DNA from: Eledone cirrhosa
Lineage: Eukaryota
Reading direction: 5' to 3'
Assembly: GCA_964016885.1 (NCBI GenBank)
Contig: OZ024742.1
Location: 357,926,001 to 357,990,000, forward strand
DNA: 64,000 nucleotides
Shown: one piece after another, positions 37,401 to 52,400 of the stretch
Numbering within the stretch: position 1 is the stretch's first letter
Layout of the letters: the number at the start of each line of letters is the position of its first letter
Made by a program: the position numbers and the translations under genes
Notes under the pieces: generated by a model
The model's database searches: none
Told to the model about the DNA's origin: nothing
What the model saw: only the letters and a program-made list of their open reading frames with translations

Positions 37401-40400
37401 GTACCACATACTGGCTCAACAGATAAGACCATACTAATCACTGAGTCAGTATTAGCACATACAGGCTCAACAGATAAGACCATACTAATCACTGAGTCAG
37501 TATTACCACATACATTCTCAACAGATAACACCATACTAATCACTAAGTCAGTATTACCATATACTGGCTCAACAGAGAAGACCATACTAACTACTGAGTC
37601 AGAATTACCACATATCAGGCTCAACAGATAACACCATACTAATCACTGAGTAAGTATTACCACATACTGGCTCAAAAGATAAGACCATACTAATCACTGA
37701 GTCATTATTACCACATCCTGGGCTCCACAGATAGGACCATGCTAAGCTCTGAGTAAGTTGTACCACATACTGGCTCAACAGATAAGACCATACTAAGCTC
37801 TGAGTCAGTATTATCACATACTGGCTCAACAGATAAGACCATACTAATCACTGAGTCAGTATTAGCACATACAGGCTCAACAGATAAGACCATACTAATC
37901 ACTGAGTGAGCATTACCACATACATTCTCAACAGATAAGAGCATACTAACCACTGAGTCAGTATTACCACATATCAGGCTCAACAGATAACACCATACTA
38001 ATCACTAAGTCAGTATTACCATAAACTGGCTCAACAGAGAAGACCATACTAACTACTGATTCAGAATTACCACATACTAGCTCAACAGATAAGACCATAC
38101 TAACCACTGAGTCAGTATTACCACATACAGGCTCAACAGATAAGACCATACTAATCACTGAGTCAGTATTACCATATACTGGCTCACCAGAGAAAACCAT
38201 ACTAAGCTCTGAGTAAGTTGTACCACATACTGGCTCAACAGATAAGACCATACTAAGCTCTGAGTCGGTATTACCACATACTGGCTCAACAGATAAGACA
38301 ATACCAATCACTGAGTCAGTATTACCACATACTGGCTCAACAGATATGACCATACTAATCACTGAGTCGGTATTGGCACACACAGGCTCAACAAATATGG
38401 TCATACTAACTCACTGAGTCAGTATTACCACATAGTGGCTCAACAGTTAAGACAATACTAATCACTGAGTCAGTATTACCACATACTGGCTCAACAGATA
38501 AGACCGTACTAATCACTGAGTCGGTATTACCACATACAGGTTCAACAAATAAGGACATACTAATCACTGAGTCAGTATTACCACATACTGTGCTCAACAG
38601 ATAAGCCCAAACTAATCACTCAGACAGTATTACCACATACTGGGCTCAACAGATAAGACCATGCTAATCACTCAGTCAATATTATCACATACTTTCTCAA
38701 CAGATAAGACCATGCTAAGCTCTGAATTAGTAGTACCACATACTGGGCTCAACAGATAAGACCATACTAATACCTGAGTAAGTATTACCAGATACTGGCT
38801 CAACAGATAAGACCATACTAATCACTGAGTCAGTATTACGACATACAGGCTCAACAGCTGAGACCATACTAATTACTGAGTCAGTAGTACCATATAATAA
38901 CTCAACAGATAAGAGCATACTAATCACTGAGTCAGTATTACATATACAGGCTCAACAGATAAGACCATACTAATCACTGAGTCAGAATTACCACATACAT
39001 TCTCAACAGATAAGACCATACTAATCACTGAGTCAGTATTACCACATACAGGCTCAGCAGATAACACCATACTAATCACTAAGTCAGTATTACCATATAC
39101 TGGCTCAACAGAGAAGACCATACTAAGCTCTGACTAAGTAGTACCACATACTGGCTCAACAGATAATACCATACTAATCACTGAGACAGTATTACCACAT
39201 ACTGGGCTCAACAGATCAGACCATACTAATCACTGAGTCAGTATTACCACATAGTGGCTCAACAGTTAAGACAATACTAATCACTGAGTCAGTAGTACCA
39301 TATACTAACTCAACAGATAAGACCATACTAATCACTGAGTCAGTATTACCACATACTGGGCTCAACAGATAAACCATACTGATCACTGAGTAAGTATTAC
39401 CACATACTGGCTCAAAAGATAAGACCATACTAATCACTGAGTCATTATTACCACATCCTGGGCTCCACAGATAGGACCATGCTAAGCTCTGAATCAGTAG
39501 TACCACATACTGGCTCAACAGATAAGACCATACTAAGCTCTGAGTCAGTAGTACCACATACTGGCTCAACAGATAAGACCATACTAATCACTGAGTCAGT
39601 ATTAGCACATACAGGCTCAACAGATAAGACCATACTAGTCACTGAGTCAGTATTACCACATACATTCTCAACAGATAAGACCATACTAACCACTGAGTCA
39701 GTATTACCACATATCAGGCTCAACAGATAACACCATACTAATCACTAAGTCAGTATTACCATAAACTGGCTCAACAGAGAAGACCATACTAACTACTGAT
39801 TCAGAATTACCACATACTAGCTCAACAGATAAGACCATACTAACCACTGAGTCAGTATTACCACATACAGGCTCAACAGATAAGACCATACTAATCACTG
39901 AGTCAGTATTACCATATACTGGCTCACCAGAGAAAACCATACTAAGCTCTGAGTAAGTTGTACCACATACTGGCTCAACAGATAAGACCATACTAAGCTC
40001 TGAGTCGGTATTACCACATACTGGCTCAACAGATAAGACAATACTAATCACTAAGTCAGTATTACCACATACTGGCTCAACAGATATGACCATACTAATC
40101 ACTGAGTCCGTATTGGCACACACAGGCTCAACAAATATGATCATACTAACTCACCGAGTCAGTATTACCACATACTGGCCTCAACAGATAAGACCATACT
40201 AATCACTGAGTCAGTATTACCGCATAGTGGCTCAACAGTTAAGACAATACTAATCACTGAGTCAGTATTACCACATACTGGCTCAACAGATAAGACCGTA
40301 CTAATCACTGAGTCGGTATTACCACGTACAGGTTCAACAAATAAGGACATACTAATCACTGAGTCAGTATTACCACATACTGGGCTCAACAGATAAGCCC

Positions 40401-43400
40401 ATACTAATCACTCAGACAGTATTACCACATACTGGGCTCAACAGATAAGACCATACTAATCACTGAGTCAATATTATCACATACTTTCTCAACAGATAGG
40501 ACCATGCTAAGCTCTGAATTAGTAGTACCACATACTGGCTCAACAGATAAGACCATACTAAGCTCTGAGTCAGTAGTACCACATACTGGCTCAACAGATA
40601 AGACCATACTAATCACTGAGTCACTATTACCACATACTAGCTCAACAGATAAGACCATAATAATCACTGAGTCATTATTACCACATACTGGCTCAACAGG
40701 TAAGACCATACTAATCACTGAGTCAGTATTACCACATACAGGCTCAACAGATAAGACCATACTAATCACTGAGTCAGAATTACCACATATATTCTAAACA
40801 GATAAGGCCATACTAATCACTTTGTCAGTATTCCGACATACTAGCTCAACAGATAAGACCATACTAACAACTGAGTCAGTATTACCACATACAGGCTCAA
40901 CAGATAACACCATACTAATCACTAAGTCAGTATTACCATATACTGGCTCAACAGAGAAGACCATACTAATCTCTGACTAAGTAGTACCACATACTGGCTC
41001 AACAGATAAGACAATACTAAGCTCTGAGTCAGTATTACCACATACTGGCTCAACAGATAACACCATACTAATCACTAAGTCAGTATTACCATATACTGGC
41101 TCAACAGAGAAGACCATACTAACTACTGAGTCAGAATTACCACATACTAGCTCAACAGATAAGACCATACTAACCACTGAGTCAGTATTACCACATACAG
41201 GACCAACAGATAAGACCATACTAATCACTGAGTCAGTATTACCATATACTGGCTCAACAGAGAAAGCCATACTAAGCTCTGAGTAAGTTGTACCACATAC
41301 TGGCTCAACAGATAAGACCATCCTAAGCTCTGAGTCGGTATTACCACATTCTGGCTCAACAGATAAGACAATACTAATCACTGAGTCAGTATTACCACAT
41401 ACTGGCTCAACAGATATGACCATACTAATCACTGAGTCGGTATTGGCACACACAGGCTCAACAAATATGGTCATACTAACTCACTGAGTCAGTAATACCA
41501 CATACTGGCCTCAACAGATAAGACCATACTAATCACTGAGTCAATATTACCACATAGTGGCTCAACAGTTAAGACAATACTAATCACTGAGTCAGTATTA
41601 CCACATACTGGCTCAACAGATAAGACCGTACTAATCACTGAGTCGGTATTACCACATACAGGTTCAACAAATAAGGACATACTAATCACTGAGTCAGTAT
41701 TACCACATACTGTGCTCAACAGATAAGCCCATACTAATCACTCAGACAGTATTACCACATACTGGGCTCAACAGATAAGACCATACTAATCACTGAGTCA
41801 ATATTATCACATACTTTCTCAACAGATAAGACCATGCTAAGCTCTGAATTAGTAGTACCACATACTGGCTCAACAGATAAGACCATACTAAGCTCTGAGT
41901 CAGTAGTACCACATACTGGCTCAGCAGATAAGACCATACTAATCACTGAGTCACTATTACCACATACTAGCTCAACAGATAAGACCATAATAATCACTGA
42001 GTCATTATTACCACATACTGGCTCAACAGATAAGACCATACTAATGACTGAGTCAGTATTACCACATACAGTCTCAACAGATTAGACCATACTAATCACT
42101 GAGTTAGAATTACCACATATATTCTAAACAGATAAGGCCATACTAATCATTTTTCAGTATTCCTATATACTAGCTCAACAGATAAGACTATACTAACAAC
42201 TGTGTCAGTATTACCACATACAGGCTCAACATATAACACCATACTAATCACTAAGTCAGTATTACCATATACTGGCTCAACAGAGAAGACCATACTAATC
42301 TCTGACTAAGTAGTACCACATACTGGCTCAACAGATAACACCATACTAAGCTCTGAGTCAGTATTACCACATAGCGGCTCAACAGTTAAGACAATACTAA
42401 TCACTGAGTCAGTATTACCACATACTGGCTCAACAGATAAGACCATACTAATCACTGAGTCGGTATTACCACATACTAGCTCAACAGAAAAGACAATACT
42501 AATCACTGAGTCAGTATTACGACATACAGGCTCAACAGCTGAGACCATACTAATTACTGAGTCAGTAGTACCATATAATAACTCAACAGATAAGACCATA
42601 CTAATCACTGAATCAGTATTACCACATACTGGGCTCAACAGATAAGACCATACTAATCCCTGAGTAAGTATTACCAGATACTGGCTCAACAGATAATACC
42701 ATACTAATCACTGAGTCACTATTACCACATACATTCTCAACAGATAAGACCATACTAATCACTGAGTCAGTATTACCACATACATGCTCAGCAGATAACA
42801 CCATACTAATCACTAAGTCAGTATTACCATATACTGGCTCAACAGAGAAGACCATACTAAGCTCTGACTAAGTAGTACCACATACTGGCTCAACAGATAA
42901 TACCATACTAATCATTGAGACAGTATTACCACATACTGGACTCAACAGATCAGACCTTACTAATCACTGAATCAGTATTACCACATAGTGGCTCAACAGT
43001 TAAGACAATACTAATCACTGAGTCAGTAGTACCATATACTAACTCAACAGATAAGACCATACTAATCACTGAGTCAGTATTACCACATACTGGGCTCAAC
43101 AGATAAAACTATACTAATCACTGAGTAAGTATTACCACATCCTGGGCTCCACAGATAGGACCATACTAAGCTCTGAATCAGTAGTACCACATACTGGCTC
43201 AACAGATAAGACCATACTAAGCTCTGAGTCAGTAGTACCACATACTGGCTCAACAGATAAGACCATACTAATCACTGAGTCAGTATTAGCACATACAGGC
43301 TCAACAGATAAGACCATACTAATCACTGAGTCAGTATTACCACATAGTGGCTCATCAGTTAAGACAATACTAATCACTGAGTCAGTATTACCACATACTG

Positions 43401-46400
43401 GGCTCAACAGATAAGCCCATACTAATCACTCAGACAGTATTACCACATACTGGGCTCAACAGATAAGACCATACTAGTCACTGAGTCAGTATTACCACAT
43501 ACTGAATCAACAGATAAGACCATACTAATCACTGAGTCAATATTACCACATAGTAGCTCAACAGATAAGACAATACTAATCACCGAGTCAGTATTACGAC
43601 ATACAGTCTCAACAGCTAAGACCATGCTAATTACTGAGTCAGTAGTACCATATAATAACTCAACAGATAAGACCATACTAATCACTGAGTCAGCATTACC
43701 ACATACTGGGCTCAACAGGTAAGACCATACTAATCACTGAGTAAGTGTTACCACATACTGGCTCAACAGATAAGACCATACTAATCACTGAGTTAGTCTT
43801 ACCACATACTGGGCTCAACAGATAAGACCATACTAATCACTGAGTCAATATTATCTCATACTGTCTCAACAGATAAGACCATACTAATCACTGAGTCAGT
43901 ATTACCACATCCTGGACTCAACAGATAGGACCATACTAAGCTCTGAATCAGTAGTACCACATACTGGCTCAACAGATAAGACAATACTAATCACTGAGTC
44001 ATTATTACCACATCCTGGGCTCCACAGATAGGACCATGCTAAGCTCTGAGTCAGTAGTACCACATACTGGCTCAACAGATAAGACTATACTAAGCTCTGA
44101 GTCAGTAGTACCACATACTGGCTGAACTGATAATACCATACTAACCACTGAGTCAGTATTACCACATACTGGCTGAACAGATAAGACCATACTAATCACT
44201 GAGTCAGAATTACCACATACATTCTCAACAGATAAGACCATACTAATCACTGAGTCAGTATTACGACATACTAGCTCAACAGATAAGAACATACTAAGGT
44301 CTGAGTCAGTATTACCACATACAGGCTCAACAGATAACACCATACTAATCACTAAGTCAGTATTACCATATACTGGCTCAACAGAGAAGACCATACTAAG
44401 CTCTGACTAAGTAGTACCACATACTGGCTCAACATATAAGACCATACTAAGCTCTGAGTCAGTATTACCACATACTGGCTCAACAGATGAGACCATGCTA
44501 ATTACTGAGTCAGTAGTACCATATAATAACTCATCAGATAAGACAATACCAATCACTGAGTCAGTATTACCACATACTGGGCTCAACAGATAAGACCATA
44601 CTAATCACTGAGTAAGTATTACCACATAATGGCTCAACAGATAAGGCCATACTAATCACTGAGTCAGTATTACCACATACTGTGCTCAATAGATAAGACC
44701 ATACTAATCACCGTGTCAATATTATCACATACTGGCTCAACAGATAAGACCATACTAATCACTGAGTCAGTATTACCACATACTAGCTCAAAAGATAAGA
44801 CCATACTAATCACTGAGTCAGTATTACCACATACAGGCTCAACAGATAAGACCATACTAATCACTGAGTCAGAATTACCACATACAGTCTCAACAGATAA
44901 GTACATACTAATCGCTGAGTCAATATTACGACATACTAGCTCAACAGATAAGACCATACTAAGGTCTGACTCAGTATTACCACATACAGGCTCAACAGAT
45001 AACACCATACTAATCACTAAGTCAGTATTACCATATACTGGCTCAACAGAGAAGACCATACTAAGCTCTGACTAAGTAATACCACATACTGGCTCAACAG
45101 GTAAGACCATAGTAAGCTCTGAGTCAGTATTACGACATACTGGCTCAACAGATAAGACCATACTAATCACTGAGTCGATATTACGACATACATGCTCAAC
45201 AAATAAGGCCATAATAATCACTGAGTGAGTATTACCACATACTGGGTTCAACAGATAAGCCCGTACTAATGACTGAGACAGTATTACCACATACTGGGCT
45301 CAACAGATAAGACCATATTAATAACTAGTCATTATTACCACATACTGGGCTCAACAGATAAGACCATACTAATAACAGAGTCAGTATTACCACATACTGG
45401 GCTCAACAGATAAGACCATACTAATCACTGAGTAAGTATTACTACATACTGGCTCAACAGATAAGGCCATACTAATCACTGAGTCACTATTACCACATTC
45501 TGGGCTCAATAGATAAGACCATACTAATCACTGAGTCAATGTTATCACATACTGTCTCAACAGATAAGACCATACTAATCACTGAGTCAGTATTACGACA
45601 TACTAGCTCAAAAGATAAGACTATACTAATCACTGAGTCAGTATTACGACATACTAGCTCAACAGATAAGAACATACTAAGGTCTGAGTCAGTATTACCA
45701 CATACAGGCTCAACAGATAACACCATACTAATCACTAAGTCAGTATTACCATATACTGGCTCAACAGAGAAGACCATACTAAGCTCTGACTAAGTAGTAC
45801 CACATACTGGCTCAACAGATAAGACCATACTAAGCTCTGAGTCAGTATTACCACATACTGGCTCAACAGATGAGACCATGCTAATTACTGAGTCAGTAGT
45901 ACCATATAATAACTCATCAGATAAGACCATACCAATCACTGAGTCAGTATTACCACATACTGGGCTCAACAGATAAGACCATACTAATCACTGAGTAAGT
46001 ATTACCACATAATGGCTCAACAGATAAGGCCATACTAATCACTGAGTCAGTATTACCACATACTGTGCTCAATAGATAAGACCATACTAATCACCGAGTC
46101 AATATTATCACATACTGGCTCAACAGATAAGACCATACTAATCACTGAGTCAGTATTACGACATACTAGCTCAAAAGATAAGACCATACTAATCGCTGAG
46201 TCAATATTACGACATACTAGCTCAACAGATAAGACCATACTAAGGTCTGACTCAGTATTACCACATACAGGCTCAACAGATAACACCATACTAATCACTA
46301 AGTCAGTATTACCATATACTGGCTCAACAGAGAAGACCATACTAAGCTCTGACTAAGTAATACCACATACTGGCTCAACAGGTAAGACCATAGTAAGCTC

Positions 46401-49400
46401 TGAGTCAGTATTACCACATACTGGCACAACAGATAAGACCATACTAATCACTGAGTCGGTATTACCACATACAGGCTCAACAAATAAGGCCATACTAATC
46501 ACTGAGTGAGTATTACCACATAATGGGTTCAACAGATAAGCCCGTACTAATCACTGAGACAGTATTACCACATACTGGGCTCAACAGATAAGACCATACT
46601 AATCACTGAGTCAGTATTACGACATACAGTCTCAACAGCTAAGACCATGCTAATTACTGAGTCAGTAGTACCATATAATAACTCAACAGATAAGACCATA
46701 CTAATCACTGAGTCAGCATTACCACATACTGGGCTCAACAGATAAGACCATACTAATCACTGAGTAAGTATTACCACATACTGGCTCAACAGATAAGGCC
46801 ATACTAATCACTGATTCAGTATTACCACATACTGGGCTCAATAGATAAGACCATACTAATCACTGAGTCAATATTATCACATACTGGCTCAACAGATAAG
46901 ACCATACTAATCACTGAGTCAGTATTACGACATACTAGCTTAGAAGATAAGACCATACTAATCACTGAGTCAGTATTACCAAATACTGGCTAAACAGATA
47001 AGACCATACTAATCACTGAGTCTGTATTACCACATACAGGATCAACAGATAAGACCATACTAATCACTGAGTCAGTATTACCACATACTGGCTCAACAGA
47101 TAAGACCATATTAATCATTGAGTCATTATTACCACATCCTGGGCTCCACAGATAGGACCATGCTAAGCTCTGAATCAGTAGTACAACCTACTGGCTCAAC
47201 AGATAAGACCATACTAAGCTCTGAGTCAGTAGTACCACATACTGGCTGAACAGATAAGGCCATACTAACCACTGAGTCAGTATTACCACATACAGGCTCA
47301 ACAGATAAGACCATACTAATCACTGAGTCAGTAATACCACATACATTCTCAACAGATAAGACCATCCTAATCACTGATTCAGTATTACTACATACTAGCA
47401 CAACAGATAAGACCATACAACCACTGAGTCAGTATTACCACATACAGGCTCAACAGATAACACCATACTAATCATTAAGACAGTATTACCATATACTGGC
47501 TCAACAGAGAAGACCATACTAAGCTCTGACTAAGTAGTACCACATACTGGCTCAACAGATAAGACAATACTAATCGCTGAGACAGTATTACCACATACTG
47601 GACTCAACAGATAAGACCATACTAATCACTGAGTCAGTATTACCACATACTAGCTCAACAGATAACACAATACTAATCACTGAGTCAGTATTACCACATA
47701 CAGGCTCAACAGATAAGACCATACAAATCACTGAGTCAGTATTACGAAATACAGGCTCAACAGATAAGACCATACTAATCACTGAGTCAGTATTACCACA
47801 TACTGGCTCAACAAATAAAACCATACTAAGCTCTGAGTAAGTAGTACCACATACTGGCTCAACAGATAAGACCATACTAAGCTCTGAGTCAGTATTACCA
47901 CATACTTGCTCAACAGATAAGACAATACTAATCACTGAGTCAGTATTACCACATACTGGCTCAACAAAGAAAACCATACTAAGCTCTGAGTAAGTAGTAC
48001 CACATACTGGCTCAACAAATAAGGTCAAACTAATCACTGAGTCAGTATTACCACATACTGGGCTCAACAGATAAGACCATACTAATCACTGATTCAGTAT
48101 TACCACATACTGGCTCAACAGATAAGACCATACTAATCACTGAGTCGGTATTACCACATACAGGCTCAACAAATAAGGCCATACTAATCACTGAGTCATT
48201 ATTACCACATACTGGGCTCAACAGATAAGCCCGTACTAATCATGGAGACAGTATTACCACATACTGGGCTCAACAGATAAGACCATACTAATCACTGAGT
48301 CAGTATTACCACATACTAGCTCAACAGATAATACTATACTGATCACTGACTCAGTATTACCACATACTGACTCAACATATAAGACCATACTAATCACTGA
48401 ATCAATATTATCACATACTGGCTCAACAGATAAGACCATACTAATCACTGAGTCAGTATTACGACATACTAGCTCAAAAGATGAGACCATACTTATCACT
48501 TAGTCAGTATTACCAAATACTGGCTCAACAGATAAGACCATACTAATCACTGAGTCAGTATTACCACATACAGGCTCAACAGATAAGACCATACTAATCA
48601 CTGAGTCAGAATTACCACATACATTCTCAACAGATAAGACCATACTAATCACTGAGTAAGTATTACGATATACTAGCTCAACAGATAAGACCATACTAAC
48701 CACTGAGTCAGTATTACCACATACAGGCTCAATAGATAACACCATATTAATCACTGAGTCAATATTATCACATACTGGCTCAACAGATAAGACTATACGA
48801 ATCACTTAGTCAGAATTACCACATACATTCTCAACAGATAAGACCATACTAATCACTGAGTCAGTATTACCATATACTGGCTCAACAGAGTAGACCATAC
48901 TGAGCTCTGAGTCAGTATTACCACATACTGGCTCAACAGATAAGACCATACTAATCACTGAGACAGTATTACCACACACTGGGCTCAACAGATAAGACGA
49001 TACTAATCACTGAGTCAGTATTACCACATAGTGACTCAATAGTTAAGACAATACTAATCACTGAGTCAGTATTACCACATACTAGCTCAACAGATAAGAC
49101 AATACTAATCACTGAGTCGGTATTACCACATACTACCTCAACAGATAAGACAATACTAATCACTGAGTCAGTATTATGACATACAGGCTCAACAGCTGAT
49201 ACCATACTAATTACTGAGTCAGTAGTACCATATACTAACTCAACAGATAAGAACATACTAATCACTGAGTCAGTATTACCACATACTGGGCTCAACAGGT
49301 AAGACCATACTAATCACTGAGTAAGTATTACCACATACTGGCTCAACAGATAATACCATACTAATCACTGAGTTAGTCTTACCACATACTGGGCTCAACA

Positions 49401-52400
49401 GATAAGACCATACTAATCACTGAGTCAACATTATCTCATACTGTCTCAACAGATAAGACCATATTAATCATTGAGTCAGATTTACCACATCCTGGACTCA
49501 ACAGATAGGACCATACTAAGCTCTGAATCAGTAGTACCACATACTGGCTCAACAGATAAGACAATACTAATCACTGAGTCATTATTACCACATCCTGGGC
49601 TCCACAGATAGGACCATGCTAAGCTCTTAGTCAGTAGTACCACATACTGGCTCAACAGATAAAACCATACTAAGCTCTGAGTCAGTAGTACCACATACTG
49701 GCCGAACAGATAATACCATACTAACCACTGAGTCAGTATTACCACATACTGGCTGAACAGATAAGACCATACTAATTACTCAGTCAGTATTACCACATAC
49801 TAGCTCAACAGATAACACAATACTAATCACTGAGTCATTGTTACCACATACAGGCTCAACAGATAAGGTCATACTAATCACTGTTTCAGTATTACCACAT
49901 ACTGGGCTCAACAGATAAGACCATACTAATCACTGAGCCAGTATTACCAGATAGTGGCTCAATAGTTAAGACAATACTAATCACTGAGTCAGTATTACCA
50001 CATACTGGCTCAACAGATAAGACCATACTAATCACTGAGTCAGTATTACCACATACTGGCTCAACAGATAAGACCATACTAACCACTGAGTCGGTATTAC
50101 CACATACATGCTCAACAAATAAGGCCATACTAATCACTGAGTGAGTATTACCACATACTGGGTTCAACAGATAAGCCCGTACTAATCACTGAGACAGTAT
50201 TACCACATACTGGGCTCAACAGATAAGACGATACTAATAACTGAGTCATTATTACCACATACTGGGCTCAACAGATAAGACCATACTAATAACTGAGTCA
50301 GTATTACCACATACTGGGCTCAACAGATAAGACCATACTAATCACTGAGTAAGTATTACCACATACTGGCTCAACAGATAAGGCCATACTAATCACTGAG
50401 TCAGTATTACCACATTCTGGGCTCAATATATAAGACCATACTAATCACTGAGTCAGAATTACCACATACATTCTCAACAGATAAGACCATACTAATCACT
50501 GAGTCAGTATTACGACATACTAGCTCAACAGATAAGAACATACTAAGGTCTGAGTCAGTATTACCACATACAGGCTCAACAGATAACACCATACTAATCA
50601 CTAAGTCAGTATTACCATATACTGGCTCAACAGAGAAGACCATACTAAGCTCTGACTAAGTAGTACCACATACTGGCTCAACAGATAAGACCATACTAAG
50701 CTCTGAGTCAGTATTACCACATACTGGCTCAACAGATGAGACCATGCTAATTACTTAGTCAGTAGTACCATATAATAACTCATCAGATAAGACCATACCA
50801 ATCACTGAGTCAGTATTACCACATACTGGGCTCAACAGATAAGACCATACTAATCACTGAGTCAATATTATCTCATACTGTCTCAACAGATAAGACCATA
50901 TTAATCATTGAGTCAGTTTTACCACATCCTGGACTCAACAGATAGGACCATACTAAGCTCTGAATCAGTAGTACCACATACTGGCTCAACAGATAAGACA
51001 ATACTAATCACTGAGTCATTATTACCACATCCTGGGCTCCACAGATAGGACCATGCTAAGCTCTTAGTCAGTAGTACCACATACTGGCTCAAAGGATAAG
51101 ACCATACTAAGCTCTGAGTCAGTAGTACCACATACTGGCTGAACAGATAATACCATACTAACCACTGAGTCAGTATTACCACATACTGGCTGAACAGATA
51201 AGACCATACTAATTACTCAGTCAGTATTACCACATACTAGCTCAACAGATAACACAATACTAATCACTGAGTCATTATTACCACATACAGGCTCAACAGA
51301 TAAGACGATACTAATCACTGAGTCAGTATTACCACATACAGGCTCAACAGATAAGACCATACTAATCACTGAGTCAGTATTACCACATACTGGCTCAACA
51401 GATATGACCATACTAGTCACTGAGTCGGTATTAGCACACACAGGCTCAACAAATAAGGTCATACTAATCACTGTTTCAGTATTACCACATACTGGGCTCA
51501 ACAGATAAGACCATACTAATCACTGAGCCAGTATTACCAGATAGTGGCTCAATAGTTAAGACAATACTAATCACTGAGTCAGTATTACCACATACTGGCT
51601 CAACAGATAAGACCATACTAATCACTGAGTCAGTATTACCACATACTGGCTCAACAGATAATACCATACTAACCACTGAGTCGGTATTACCACATACATG
51701 CTCAACAAATAAGGCCATACTAATCACTGAGTGAGTATTACCACATACTGGGTTCAACAGATAAGCCCGTACTAATCACTGAGAGAGTATTACCACATAC
51801 TGGGCTCAACAGATAAGACGATACTAATAACTGAGTCATTATTACCACATACTGGGCTCAACAGATAAGACCATACTAATAACTGAGTCAGTATTACCAC
51901 ATACTGGGCTCAACAGATAAGACCATACTAATCACTGAGTAAGTATTACCACATACTGGCTCAACATATAAGGCCATACTAATCACTGAGTCAGTATTAC
52001 CACATTCTGGGCTCAATATATAAGACCATACTAATCACTGAGTCAGAATTACCACATACATTCTCAACAGATAAGACCATACTAATCACTGAGTCAGTAT
52101 TACGACATACTAGCTCAACAGATAAGAACATACGAATCACTGAGTCAGTATTACCACATTCTGTGCTCAATAGATAAGACCATACTAATCACCGAGTCAA
52201 TATTATCACATACTGGCTCAACAGATAAGACCATACTAATCACTGAGTCAGAATTACCACATACATTCTCAACAGATAAGAACATACTAATCGCTGAGTC
52301 AATATTACGACATACTAGCTCAACAGATAAGACCATACTAAGGTCTGACTCAGTATTACCACATACAGGCTCAACAGATAACACCATACTAATCACTAAG